A DNA stretch of 64,000 nt from Podarcis liolepis (lineage: Eukaryota): the NCBI GenBank assembly GCA_965112155.1, contig OZ218112.1. One strand, written 5' to 3'. Of this stretch, positions 27,801 through 41,500 are shown piece by piece (the first letter of the stretch is position 1; every line of letters starts with the position of its first letter). A program made the position numbers and the translations under genes. Under the pieces are notes generated by a model. It was not told the origin of the DNA. It saw only the letters and a program-made list of their open reading frames with translations, and ran no database searches.

Positions 27801-28459
27801 TTGTTGGATTTGGGAGCAAATAACTCTTGAATATGGTTTTTTCCCATTTTAAGACCATTTTGCACCCCTGCTAACATGTCTTCTGTCTTTCCTGGTTTTA
27901 AAAGTATGTGGTGTATTCAGAAAAGCAAGAGGTTTGCCCATTCCCACTGAAGGCAATAATTAAGGGGAAATGCATAGCAACACATGGTCAGTGCTAGAAT
28001 GATGCTTCCTACATGAAGCATCTTCCAAAAATCAAGATGTCTGCCACTAACATGAACAGGACGGCAAGTTATTAGGGAGGAAGCAACATCATAATGAGTG
28101 TGAGTGTGTTGTGCTGGAGAGAAGGTAAGGAGACTGATTTTGTTGAGTGACTAAAGTTTATGAGTTTGTATGAACTGCTTATTTGTTTGTGTGAAGTGAT
28201 GGGAGGGGTACAGTTTAAGTGGTGTTCCGTCAACCTGCAAAGTTTGGGCTGATAAATGAAGGGAAAGTGTAGGTGAATTGTGTCTATTTTGAAAGCCACA
28301 ATACATACGACCATGGAAAGTGTTTATGTGGGAAGCACTGTAACTTAAAATTGCCATCCTTTTGGTGCATGATTAAATTTGCAAGTGCTTTAACCTTTCT
28401 CTTCAGCTTTAGGTCTTTTGAGCCTAAGACACACGTAACATATGCCACACTGAGAGACA

Positions 28460-28521
28460 GGAAGGAAGGAAGGAAGGAAGGAAGGAAGGAAGGAAGGAAG
28501 GAAGGAAGGAAGGAAGGAAGG
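28460..28521. repeat. (GGAA)n microsatellite
   Basis: Direct reading. Confidence 0.98.
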
Positions 28522-28581
28522 AGCAATGTAACCAAAGGTTCATAGAGGTACCCTGTGATATTCCTGTGCAAAATCTGTATA

Positions 28582-28822
28582 CAGTAGTACATTGGCTTTC
28601 AAATGTAATCCGTTCCGAAAGTTTGTTCAACTTCCGAAATATTCTAAAACCAAGGTGTGGCTTCCGATTGGCGCAGGCGCCCCAGAAACAATAGCCGACA
28701 GCTGCAATGGATGTTCGGCTTCTGAAAAACGTTCGGAAACTGGAACACTTACTTCCGGGATTTCTGTGTTCAGGATCCGATTTGTTTGTCAACTAAGTCA
28801 TTCAAGAACCAAGGTTCCACTG
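28582..28822 (+). mobile_element. Tc1/mariner-pogo MITE family C copy 1
   Basis: TA-flanked; imperfect TIR cagtagtacattgg / ccaaggttccactg; body related to 62336-62561 (taatccgttcc, cttcc.attgg, acttc.ggg). Confidence 0.8.
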
Positions 28823-29559
28823 TACATTGACAGCAGTAGTAATTGCTGATCCCAACTTTGCTATGCTAACCTTAATACCTCCAGTGGGAGAATAAGACCT
28901 TGCTCTCAGTTGAGTCCCAAACAAATTGAACCAAACTTACTAATACATTTTAGTTCATTAACATACTCTTTTTTTCGGGGGTGGGAATGGTTACTTTCAG
29001 GTGATCAGCAGCATGTCCTGAGAAACTGAATCCTCCCCACTGAATGTTGGGAGCTCGGGACAAGTTTGGCTTTATCTCAAGTTTCTAGAGGTTAATTGTC
29101 CACATAAAGGAGGAATGCTACTTAGGAATACAAAATCCACCCAAATTTTAGTTGCCACAGAAATAGTGCACAGGAAATATTATACCGCACTTCAAATCAT
29201 GAAGGTCCTGTATAAATGATTGATGATAACAACTGGATTTCCCAGCAGAAGATAATTAAAACGTACAGGAAACAAAGCCCAATTCCCTTCAATAATCAAT
29301 CTATCTTAACAGAATATGCAAACTTTAATCAACTTTACATGTTCTTACTGAAGTTTCCCTGTAGGCAAATGAATGCTTTCTGGAATGAGTTTATTTGAAT
29401 AATTTGCTAAGGGTATCAAGCACACACTGGCAGAGCAACCCTATGCTTGTCTACATGGAAGAAAGTGTCACCAAGTTCAATGGCTTGGAGATGTGAATGA
29501 ACCCTGTGCTCAGCTTAATGTGGGGAAAATGTGTGGATTCTGTCAGCAGCTGTGCTGTA

Positions 29560-29920
29560 GCATTCAACACTAACTGCAGTTTCTTATCAAGTGCAAGGGA
29601 AGCCCCACAGTGAGTGCATTGCAGTAATCCAATCTTGAAGTCACCAGTGCCTGACCTACTGTGGTCAAATTCTTCCGGTTTAAGAATGACTGAAGATGTT
29701 GCACCACTTGCAGCTGGTTAAAGGCACATCTTCCCTCTGAGGCTACTAGGGCCTTCAGTGGAAGAACTGGATCCAGAAGCAGCCTCAAATTGCATACCTG
29801 CTTCTTCTAGGGAAGTACAACCCTATCTGGGGCAAGTAACCGACCAATTTCTCAGACAGGGGAGCCACTTACTCACACAGTGCTTCTGTATTGCCAGGAT
29901 TCAAGCTCATCCTATTTAGA
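29560..29920 (-). mobile_element. L2 LINE ORF2 fragment (degraded)
   Basis: ORF 29570-29788 contains ALVTSRLDYCNAL..GLPL, typical of L2 ORF2 downstream of RT. Confidence 0.82.
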
Positions 29921-30055
29921 CTATGAATCGGTGCCAATGTGCAGGAAGGCACCTTATTTAAAACATCTGGGCATTGAGAGTGCTGGGGGAGGTATTGTGT
30001 TGCTTCTCTTAAAACCTTGGAAAGTATTTATAACATGAAAAGTGGCATAGAAGTA

Positions 30056-30297
30056 CAGTGGTACCTCAGGTTACATATGCTTCAGGTTACATATGCTTCA
30101 GGTTACAGACTCCGCTAACCCAGAAATAGTGCTTCAGGTTAAGAACTTTGCTTCAGGATGAGAACGGAAATTGTGCTCCGGCGGCGCGGCAGCAGCGGGA
30201 GGCCCCATTAGCTAAAGTGGTGCTTCAGGTTAAGAACAGTTTCAGGTTAAGAACGGACCTCCAGAATGAATTAAGTACTTAACCCAAGGTACCACTG
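30056..30297 (+). mobile_element. Tigger-like MITE family A copy 3
   Basis: CAGTGGTACCT TIRs; TA TSD; same body as 7568-7808. Confidence 0.92.
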
Positions 30298-30460
30298 TAT
30301 ATTAAATTAATTAAATAAATAAAGAAATATTCCTGTTAAGAGTCATTTTCCCATATTGAGCTAGTCAGCAATCAATTTGTGATGCTCCCCAAGGCAATGA
30401 GTTCATGAAAGGGCCAGCCAAAACGCATGTCTCCCCTATTAGCAATGATTGCCATGTTCT

Positions 30461-30751
30461 GGTCTTTTCAGGTCAGAAAAAAGGTTAAGGAGGGGACATG
30501 ATACTAGTCTATAAAATTATACATGGTGTTGAGAAAGTAGATAGCTAATTGCTTTTCTCCCTCTTATATAACATTAGAATTCAAAGACATTCAATGAAAC
30601 TGGACAGACAAAATAAAGTATTTCTTCATACAGGATATACTTAAACTATGGAATTATCTTACAAAGGAGGCAGTGATGGCCACTAAACTTAGATGGCTTT
30701 AAAAGAGGACTGGACAAATTCATGAAGGACAAGGCTATCAATGGCTATTAG
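30461..30751 (+). mobile_element. CR1 LINE 3' ORF2 fragment (degraded)
   Basis: aggggacatgat..gtctataaaattatacatgg..tatttcttcat..aaactatggaat..gatggctttaaaagaggactggacaaattcatg (RGDMI..YKI..WN.L..FKRGLDKFM-like). Other CR1-like pieces on the minus strand at ~1035-1155, ~19130-19340, ~53335-53480. Confidence 0.8.
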
Positions 30752-31219
30752 AATTATGCTATGTCTCAATGAAAGACCTCAGTAATATCCCCTCAACAGG
30801 CTTTGCTCTTCTTGCTCCATTAGTCTTTGCACAGGGTCAGTCTCTCCTACATGAAACCCTGAAATATGCCCACATCTCATTCTGGACAGAAGAGAGGTGT
30901 CGAGAGCACCTCTCTGTGAGTGAGCATGTCACTGTCTGATGTTGGTGTCTCCCCCACCCCACCCCCCATTGACAGGGGGCAGGTGGGGCGGTGCATATAA
31001 TGTTAATTGTTTTTTCTTCTGCCTGTGCATATGTGGCAGCCATTTTTGCATTATGCCATACCTCCAAAAGGTTGGCAACATGTGGGCATGAGCTCCCCCT
31101 GGTCCCCTAGGACCTGTTCTCCATTTGGGCCACTGTAATGTTTGTTTCCCTTAATTCTGTCCATTTTTAGGGCAGGATGAACCAACCTGGACACAAACAA
31201 AACTAATGTTCTGAAAATA

Positions 31220-31264
<45 letters not shown>
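31220..31264. repeat. (TTAG)n microsatellite
   Basis: Direct reading. Confidence 0.97.
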
Positions 31265-33047
31265 ATACTTCTCTTTGTTCGAAGATCACAGGATGGCTCA
31301 CAACATAAAAATAGAACATGAGAATACAAAATATATAATAAAAGCAAGAATAAGAACAAAAACAAACCAATAGCCCACCTCCCACACAACTCTGGGGTTG
31401 TCCCTTTCTCATTAGGTGCATATTAGACCCATGTAGAAACAGAAAAACGGTTATGATCCTCTGGAGGACATAAATTCTCACAGTTCCATATTATACTCTG
31501 CAGCCATGAGAGTGTGCTGTGGTGGAGAGTGAATCCATTATCTTAGGTTTGGGAAATGGTGAGTGAAGTCGTACACTTACCTCTAGCCTAGATCACAACC
31601 CATAATATGGTGAGCTTAACAAGCTTCTATTTCTTGTTTCCATTTTAAATGCTTAAAGAACACAGGAGTGTGTATGTTTTGCCCCTGGGCTTTGCCTTTG
31701 CTATCTAAACAATAGAATGTTTAAGTCACTATGTATAATAAAAGATGCAAAGGGTTAGCATGAATTTTTAAAACTGTTTTCTTTAGCAGAATAATTATGG
31801 TTTACAGATTAGCAGAATCAGTAGGTGATTTAAACCATGCAAACAATGTATTGTTGTTTGGTTTAATTACAAGGAAAGGGGGGAAAAGGAAAGGTTTCAA
31901 TGTCAACTTTATGAGGGCTATTGCCTGTTTCCATGATATATACCACTACCATGCACTAGAAGCTGAGGGATTAACCACAGGGAAAAACACAACCACATGG
32001 TAACTTTGGAGTTAAAAAGCAAGAGAGGACACAGAGGACAATCCAGTCCTCAACCAATGGAAGCCTCCTAAGCTTTCAAAGATAGTCACAACTAGGGATG
32101 GATAGGCTCTTTAAAGTTGGACCTATGCCAGTTCTGAATTAAAGGGCCATAGCTCAGTGGTAAATGGAAGACTATGCCAATTCTGGTTGCTCTTAGTTTC
32201 TCGTATTTTCTAGTCTTAAATTCAGTTCTCCACATTTCCACACATTCTTGAATCAGGAGATTTTGCTCTGGAATCCAAATTTGGCAGATTTAACACATGA
32301 AAAATGAAAATAATCTTTGGTGTGCTTTAAACATTTTAATGAACTAGGGGCTGTGACCCTGCTCGTGCACTACTTGTCAACTATGCCAACCTGCCAACTC
32401 CCCTTGTTAACCCCACTCCCTAGCCCAAACCCCTCCCTTTATTATATTGCCTAATCCCCACAAGTCCCCTTCTGTTTACAGCCTGCCCAGTTCCCATTTC
32501 CCCTCACAACTCACGAAAACCACACCTCATCTCACTTTACACAGCTCACCAAGCCCGCTCCATTTACACCAAGGGGGGAGGGAAATATTCTCCCCTTTGC
32601 ACACCACCTCCCACCAGTGTGGGAGGCAGCTGCTGTGGGAAGGAGAGAGAGAAAACCTACACATCAAAACACAGGTTTCCTTCTCTCTCTCTTTCTTTTC
32701 AGTGATGGTGGGGAGATGAATGAATGAAAAAACTCATTCCTCTGCTTCGCCTCCTCCCCTAATGCCACTGTTGGAAGCCATAGAGAAGAAGGGTTGTTGT
32801 TTTTTCCTTCCATCCTACAGGAGCACCAGCAACAAGGGAGTGCAGGAAGGCTTGCAAAGACCACCCCACTGATCCTTTGCACCCCATGCACCTGCCTGCT
32901 TCCCTGCCTCCTCCTCCTAACTTGCCAGCCCACTCAGCCAAAATGCACCCACCATTCCCTTATAGCTCTGCCAGTCCGCAGCCCAGGGAAGCCATAGAGG
33001 AGCAGGCTGGGGCAGCTCCCCAGCAGCCATCATACTCTGCTGCCACT

Positions 33048-33086
33048 TCCTTCCTCCTCCTCCTCCTCCTCCTCCTCCTCCTCCTC
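33048..33086. repeat. (CCT)n microsatellite
   Basis: Direct reading. Confidence 0.97.
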
Positions 33087-34249
33087 GACCTCCAACACTG
33101 CTGAAACTGAAATGGCATCATCTGTGTGAGGGCAAAGCAGGATGAAGACAGGAGAGCTGTCCTGCATGTTCCTCTGCACCTCACCTGTGCTGCTTAATAC
33201 CTACCTTGGTTACCTGGGCCACCCACCCACCCACTCACTCAACTGACATCCCTCCAGTCTTATTATATACCAAGAATTAGTGACATGTTCGTAACACATC
33301 TTTCTCCCACCCCACTGAAAAGTTGCTAAAGGCTCTACTGTACACTGCTTGCTGAGACATTTGAGGCAATTGAGTTAGTAACCAACCACCTTTCCCAAGA
33401 AACTTTTATCAATACTTGGACTTATTAACTGCATAAGAATGCACACTGGGGGAGGAAGGCTCCACAAAGCTACTGCTCAACCATTTTCAGCCTGCCCTTG
33501 GTTCAGTAATTAGAATGATAGTGCAAGGCCAGCGAACCAATACATTTACAGCCAATTCTCCACATTCTTCACAGTCCGAAATCCTATTCCAAGGATTGCA
33601 CATGCAAAATACAGCCTCAGTGAGAATAAGATTGGCTTTGGTGAGTGACAGAGGGCTCTTTCCATAAAAAACAGATAAAAGCAGTGGAAAATATGCTAAA
33701 AAAATCCATTTTCAGCTGGAGGTATTAAATGTGCTGGACTGTTAGCCTGCTCTGCTTTAATGGTAAAAAAAAACCCTCCTAAGATTCCTGCCGCCGGCTC
33801 ACACTCTGCACAACAGGCCATTTCAAGCACTTATTTCAAGGGTTAGAGAGTCATTCTGGGATTATTGGTCATGCTTACTTACATAAATAATTCAAGCTAA
33901 TGGCATGTATTAATGCAAAAGACATTATTAGCAAAGGGCCCACTCCTTATGTATGGAGAACAATCCACTGTGCAAAACTATCATCTCTCATAGGAAAACG
34001 ACACTTCTACTCAATGCCTTTCCACCCTTTCAAGGGAAAAAGGGAAGTAGCATAAATCAAAGTATTTTTTATGCTTAAGCAATGAAAAATAATCCAGGAT
34101 GAAAAAGACAGGCTGTTAATTCAGTGCACTTTTGTTTAAGTTAAGGCGACTGTACGTGTAATCCTATACACACTTACAAAGGAGTAAGTCCCACTGAAAA
34201 GCAGAGAGCCTAACTTCCAAATAAATACACCTGGTTTCGGACGTAGTTG

Positions 34250-35746
34250 CAGTTCCATGTCCCATAAGTAATGCTTGTGTGGTCAGAGCTTTTGAAGAAG
34301 CTTTTGGGTCTGGTGGGGGGGTCAATCACCCAAATAAGGTAGATGAGGCGCAGAGGAAGATCATCCTTACAATTAAAACTTTTCTTTTGGGTATGAATAC
34401 AGTTATATTAAGTTTGACATCACCAATGTCATATAGGGATGATGGTGTTCATCTGTCTATAGAGGGTAACGCTATCTTTTGGAGGATCTGCAAAGAGCTC
34501 TTTTCAAGCTTTTGTGTGTTTGTGGGTGAAGGCAAACTAGCAGAAGCTGTTCGCTTCCTGTGGCCTTTGGTCCAGGTAGGTGAGTGGGATTTTGGGAAAT
34601 ATCAGACTAATATCGGTGCCAGAGTGGTGTTTAGGCCTGTCAGGTGCATCGGGATGAATGTTGGAATGGAGCGCACCAGGTGCATATTAGGTTCATATAC
34701 CCAAGGAGCACACAGTGAGGAGTTTCCTTGGACCTCGCTGCGTGATCACAGAGTGTGGCTGCAGCTGGCTCAGGAGATTGGAAAGTTGAAATGCTCCCAT
34801 AAATCCACCTCACTGCCTGGACCTCATTGATTTTGGTTAATGTGGTTGACGTATTCTGATTGGAGATTCTATAGTTATATTTTAATAAATATAACCTGTT
34901 ACCTGCAAAGTCCTCTTTTTTCAGGCAAAGCGTGTTCTCCCTCATGGAGAGCACGGGTTACTGTTGGGGCTGACGAGACACCTCACAGTTGCTAGGCAAA
35001 TGGTTTCGCCATCCTTTAAGCAGGGACGGGCTGTTACTGGGGAAATCTAGATGTTGCCATTTGTTGATTGACAGCCCTATTTGTTAAATACAATGCACGC
35101 ATCGACGAACTTCCTCTTTTCGCTGCGTGCTTCGGTTCACCCGCCCTCCCTTCCCTAATGTTAGGCTGTTTGCTTGACCTTGCTATGCCTGTCATGGGGT
35201 CGTCTGCTTTAGAGCAGGGGCCCGGTAGGAATTTTGTCCATATGGCTGTCAATTAGTGTGTGCCATTTGGTTTTTGCCTACTGCGTAGCAAATTGTCACA
35301 ACTTGTAACGTTGCAGTTAGGCATTGGTCTGGGAATTGGTTGGTGGAGGGGTATGGATTTGGCTGTGCCTGCCCCTCCAAAATGCTGCTGCTGCTGCAAG
35401 GGTTTTCCATTAAAGGAACCCAGGGGCTCCCCCATGCTTTTGTCTGAAACCCCCTGGCAAGGGGCTAGGGCCACGCAAGCCCCTGGGAGCATCCTGGGGA
35501 GAGGTGAGGCATGGTTCCCAGTCCCGTCTCTCTCCCCAGGTGACTTACCCTTGCTGACTTCGCGGGGGGTGCGAATGTCAGAGCTGTCCCCGTGCGGGGT
35601 CAGTTAATGCTACCAATGCCTAAGCATCCACTTACATTGCTGTAATTTGAATAAAGTTATGGCCAAAATTATGCCAAAAACCTTAAACAAAAATTAAGTG
35701 TCAATTGTGTTTTTCTTTGGGGGTGTCTTGGGGACCTCGACGCGCA
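34250..35746 (+). mobile_element. Decayed 3' part of a tyrosine-recombinase retrotransposon (Ngaro/DIRS-like) with an SGNH-hydrolase ORF remnant and GC/CpG-rich terminal modules
   Basis: Across frameshifts it reads VWSELLKK..GGVNHPNKVDEAQRKI..YRDDGVHLSIEGNAIF/LEDLQRAL. DGVHL (34441-34455) is the SGNH DxxH block. Two AATAAA-containing downstream modules follow, ending near 34988 and 35746. Boundaries are approximate. Confidence 0.68.
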
Positions 35747-36619
35747 ATTTGTTGCCTGAAAAATTAATCAACTTTAATTGCATAAACCTAATTTTTCAGG
35801 ATGCAACTAAATCCTTCTTGCAAAGTGTGGGAGCATGTAGGTCATCATTAAATGGCTGGAAAGCATACCAGGGAAAGCCATCTCGCTTCATGGCTCCCTT
35901 GCAATATAGAGAACTCAAGCTCGGTGAAATTGTAATGCAAAACAAGACCCTAAGCTGCAATGCTGAGTGGCTCAACATCCTTGCTGTATTGTGTCATGGA
36001 CAACTTCGTTTTGATATCCTGGTTTGTTCTCATTGAACCTTGTTGTCGGTTGCCCCAGATGTCTCACCAAAGTTACAAGAAAGCAAACAGCAGACAGGTC
36101 AAAGAGATAAAAGAGCAGGAGCTTGATGATGTATTCTAGTCACTTGTGTAAACTCAGTTAAACATTAATATGCTGCAGCACAGTTAAAATGCCATTTTAC
36201 TTTCACATTTCAGCTCTACTTCTTCAGTCTGCAGTGAACAAAGACTGCATCTGATTTGCTGTGCTGATTTCAAGGTGATTTAAATTTATCCACTGGCAGA
36301 TCATAGAGATGACAGACTGGAACATGGACAAGAAAGATCAGCATTTGATTTTTCTTTCCTACCACAAGGTATTGGGAAAGTAAAGATAGCCCTTTTAGAT
36401 GAAATGTACGTCAAAAGGAACAGCTAAAGAATTATTGTCGAGGCAGATGGACAAAGGCAGAAATACACCATGTCAATGTGGCAGCTGAAAGAGGCTTTTG
36501 ACAGTGGTGGATCTCCAAAGGCACCATCCCATTGCACTGGCTCCAACCTTGTAAATGAGGTTGATTAGGAATATAGTCTTAGATCAGGTCAGATCACTGA
36601 TCCCTTTAGATTATTATCA

Positions 36620-36748
36620 ATGACTGGCATTAGCCCTCAGAGGTTTCAGGCAAGAGTCTTTCCCAACTCTAGCTGGAGATGCCAGGGCGGGGATTGAACT
36701 TGAAATCTTCTGGATGTGAAGCAGCTGTTCTACCACTGAGCTACGGCT
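36620..36748 (-). mobile_element. tRNA-Ala-like-headed SINE, partial
   Basis: ttctaccactgagctac A box; gctggagatgccaggg. Confidence 0.7.
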
Positions 36749-38379
36749 ATTGGTTTCTGTCATGAGTGACTGAAATATATAGTGATAGATTTGTCTGAAC
36801 ATTTGTACTGTTTGCCACAGTAAATGTTTAAAGCTCATGCCACCGTGTTGTTGTTTTTTGCAAAACTTTTTCTTCCTATGTAAATGAAAGTTGGAGAAAT
36901 GTTTAGTATTTAGGAGTCTGAAGCTGTACGTACTGCCTTGTATTTGGCCTGCAAACAAATTAGAAGCAGCCCAGTCAATAAAATTCAGGGTGCAGGGGGA
37001 CAATTTTCATCAGAATCGCAGCTGGGTAGAAAAGCATTAAACCTCACCTCCCTGCATGTTGCTGTTCGGGTGAAAATTGACCACCTCTGTGCCTGAAATT
37101 GAAGGACGGAAGAAAAGTGCAAGGCCCCTTCAGACTGGTCATTTTCTAGTGGGCATATTCCGCAACATGTCTTTGACATAATAGTGCATTAGTAGTGGGT
37201 TTATAGTGGACAGTCCACACACTTTATTAGTTGTTCTGTGATGCTTCCCCAAAGTTACTTCATTATTGCTGACTCGAGGTAAACTCTTGCACTATAGCAC
37301 AACAAAAGCAAGGCAAACCCTAACCCCCCCCCCAGCTCCCAAAAAATGAGGTATAAAAAGTTACAGGATTTCAGTGGGAATTTACAGGGCATGCACTGAC
37401 TGAAAATGAAACACTGCATCCACCCTGAATTTCTTTTCAGTTGCCAACAGTATTGGAAGCAGGATAGCATATAACCACTGCAATACCATCATGAGCACAA
37501 CTAATCACGAAAGCACAATAAAATTGACATGTGGAGGGGCCTATATCTGCATGCTGTGCATTTTGCATAATGTGTACTTTCACCATGAGAGGCAGTAAAA
37601 GAAAACAAGAGCTCTGTGTGAAACATTTCTGCTAGCAAGGAAAACCTGCACATTTGACAAATGCAAGGTAATTAATTCTCCGTCTGGAATTTTCCAAGAC
37701 AGAAACATATCTGGGTGCAGATCACAGAAAATTTGGCTTTTTTGGCATAAATAGGGATAATGTGAGTGTGTGAGATAGCAGGCTCTGAAGTGACAGCTAT
37801 TGCTTCTTTTCAGCTCTCCCCCCCCCCCCCCAGATGACTGCAAATTTCAACAACAGTTATCGGTTTTATCATTCTGGTGAAGGTGACCCAAGAGCACATT
37901 TGAAGCTAATCCCCAGAGGAATCCTCAGATTAGCAGAGATAAGGCATACTCTGGTATCAGAGATAAAAGTCAAGACATTAACTCAAGGGTGTAGATTTAT
38001 CAAATGTCATCATATTTGGCATGCATTTAATATTAAATGTTAATCAAATTACCCTTAGTAAGCTATGGCTGCTGGTTATCTTTAACTTGTCAGGCACTAC
38101 AATAGTGTGATATGAAATACAGACAGGAACATTAAAAACAAACTTAAAAAAATGCTTTGCCGCCATCTGTCAACTTCTAACTACTGAAGGATATCCATCT
38201 ATTAGTGTTACAATTGATGCTTTAATGAAATGTCAGTGTTTTAAAAGCTTGCCCTCCCTGCTGCTAAACTGTTCACATTCATCTAGGTTGGCAACTATTT
38301 GACGCAGGGATTTTATTGAAGATTGTGCAATATTTACTGAATACTGCATAGCTCAGAGGTAGATGAGGGCGATAGCAGT

Positions 38380-38555
38380 GGGGTTGTAACTCAAATGTAG
38401 AGTATGGGCTTTGCATGCAGAAGGTCCCAAATTCAACCCCTGGCATCTCCAGGCAGGGCATGGAGAGATCCTTGTATGAAGCCTTGGAGAGCTGCTGCCA
38501 GTCAGTGTAGACATTACTGAGGTAGATGGAACCAGTGATTTGACTTAGTATAAGG
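38380..38555 (+). mobile_element. tRNA-Ala-like-headed SINE
   Basis: ctttgcatgcagaaggtcccaaattcaacccctggcatctccagg; same body as 23637-23810. Confidence 0.78.
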
Positions 38556-41500
38556 GGTCTACAATGATGTTTGTGGTTTGTCTAGAGAAAGTTAAATAAG
38601 GAGCTTGGGTTAGGATGGCACAATGAGCCAGGAATAGCCAACATGGTGACTTCCTTCTTGGACTCAAATGTCCATCAGCCCCTGCCAGTGTGACCAAGGG
38701 TCAGGGATGATGGGAGTTGAAATCCAGCAACATCTGGAAGGCAACACATTGGCAGCCATTGCACTAAGACAAACCATAGTTTATCCCAGCACAGCAGTGG
38801 GAGGAGAAAACCAGAAGAAATCTCATTGCAGGGAACCAGCTCATTTCCTAATTTGCATCAAGCCAAAGCATTATAAGTGAGCTGCTTCATGGAAAGATTG
38901 CTAAAACCTCTGTATTTCCCAAAGATGTTTGGTAAATGGCATTTTGTGCCTCCTTAGGCAGAAAGCTGAGATGAAATTTTAATTGTTTAGTGTTGTTTTC
39001 TTTTAATTGCTGCAGTCCCCCAATTAACTTGTTAAAAATTAAATTCCTGGTAGGATTGCAGAATTCAAAAATAATGTTGCCCTCCAGAACTGAAGAGCAA
39101 AGTGGATAACTGGATCATCCTACCCACATCTTACTTTTCTTTCTGGGGGTGTACTTAGAGCTAGTCTAGATAGCCTGCAATGTTGGTCAAGCCCTGCTCT
39201 CATTCCACTCTCCAGTGACACACCTTGAAGCTAATGGACAAAATTTTAACGTTCACAAATTTTAATGCAAATAGCTGATAAGGCATGGATGGAGACAGGA
39301 AGAAGTGTGGCTACAAGTGGGAATTGCCGAATAGCCAAGAAATTGCCTTCTCCAGATTGCTTCCAACCCATCAACTGTAATATTGACCATTCTCTGCAGT
39401 AACTTAGGAACCCCAGGAGCTGGTTTTGGTGGGACATCCTGCTAATGATCAGTTTTCTGTTTCCTCCCCTATAACTGAAGCTTTTGCTGCTATTACTCCT
39501 AGGATATCAAGGTAGTGTACATGGTTCTCCTCCTCTCCAGTTAGGCTGAGAGATAGTGACTAACCCAAGGACTCCCTGTGAGCTTCCTGATTGGAACTCA
39601 ATTCCCAAAAGTCCTTGTCCAGCACTCAAAGCACTATACAACACTAGCACCCAACACTGTTCTGAGCTGTGCCTTGGCACGTGCCTCAAATGATTACCAA
39701 AGTGCAATCCTAAAGTGTGCCATTGAGATAACACTTTAGGAAGGACCAGCATTTGTTTTCTGTCCTAAGTGGTTGTTTTTGGTTTTTTTAAGCAATAAAA
39801 ATAATTATATAAAAGGAAGATGTACTGGAAACTGCAGTGGAAGGGAAAGTTCTGTTGCTCAATCAGAGGTTGTTACATGGCCAAAACTGCAGCCTTCAGT
39901 ACAACTAGCAACAACGGGTTAAATTTAATGGTATACATAAAATAAAAATGATGTTTGTTTCTGAAAAAATTATAAAGAAAATGTGAATACGTTGCAGAAA
40001 ACACACATTACCAGTAACAACAAACATTTAGCAGGAAACATGCAGTAAAGAAAGGTTACACGCAGCATCGTCCCTCAAAATCTGAAGTGAAAAATAAAAT
40101 GAATTAATGTTGTAGGTATCAGAGAAGAAGTTGTGGGTGGTGGGAGGAAGATGGAAGATAGAATCTATTGAAACAAGCATTGAGATCTGAGAAAATAACT
40201 TTAGACTGAATGTATGCTGTGAATACAGAACAAAGAATCTATATAGAAAAGGTTGATTGCATTTCCTGAAGGTGAAATTCTATTAGATGGAGATATGAGT
40301 GTAGTTATAGGAGGTGAATGGGATAGAACAGATTCACTGCAAATCCTTAGAATCTTTATTCAAAACATAGCTAGGACATTGTGAGTTAATAGATGCCTGG
40401 AGAGACAAGCACCTGGATGAAATATATTATACACATGCTGTTATAAGATGACAAACACTACCCTAAAATGGATCCATTCTTGGTCTCTCCATCGTTTATC
40501 AATAAAGTGCCCCCCCCCCCAAAAAAACAACTATTGATGAAGATCACAACCCAATTAGGTTGCAGTGGCAACTCCTCACCCCCACCCTCCTAAGAAGAAA
40601 AGACGGAAACGAAACAATCAGCAGTGATTTCCTTCTTGCAACAACATTGACCAACAACTGAAGGAAGCTTTTTAATTATTATTTTTTTAAACTTGGATTA
40701 ATACTTGTATTTATAACTGTCAAAATATTAAAGAATCCCTGACTAAAATTGGTCAATAATCTACTGTATATTTTGGAAAGTTGTTTGTTCATTATGAATT
40801 TGGACACCTCTTAAGCTATTGTAACCAAATTTCAATGATACCTCTTGAGATCAAGGACCAGGATTTTGTCTGTGTTTGAACATAATTAAATGACACCTTG
40901 AATCAAGATGGCAGATTGAATCTTTGAAATATGAACTGATTTGAATCACTGATTCAAATGCTGGTTATCTGGGGGTGGGGTGGGGGGGTTGGCTTTCCTA
41001 TAATTTCTGAGCACCACCAGGCACAAGGTTGCTAGCCCATTATGTTTCTACAGAATGGCATCAATAAGCATTGGAGAAATGGCTGTCAACTTTTGACCAT
41101 TTAATGCTTCTTTTACAAGTACTAAGAATGAAGGATCCAGGGCAACAAGGGGCAGACTTTAGGTCTGGGGGATCTACTTTGGTTTTTTATTTTATTTTAA
41201 AAATATATTAAAGCCCCTAGATCTAACAGTTGTCATTATGTTAAAGGCATACATACAGAATTAAAGAATTCCAAGCCCCTTCAGTTTGTTGTGACTAGCA
41301 GATCTGAATGTAACTCCCAGCTGTTCCACACACAAATCCAGTGCTCACATCCACACCAGTTTGCCACTCTTGGTAACCTACTTTCTTCACTTCAACAATA
41401 TATATCTTTATATTGTGAGGAAGTCATTTTTGCTGTTTCCATTAGAGAGTCGAAATCCTTGCTGATCTATTTCAGATTGCCCAGTAGTTCTACTAGTAGA

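Noticed and set aside
28273-28792. ORFs with RKEG/LPSF repeats, and similar ORFs at 32877-33184, 52996-53363, 62254-62535 and 63047-63253
   Set aside because: Translations of microsatellites and MITEs.
34279-34830. 183-aa ORF as an intact host gene
   Set aside because: Non-ATG start; the SGNH-like similarity shifts frame at both ends; the C-terminal half looks non-coding. It is a TE remnant.
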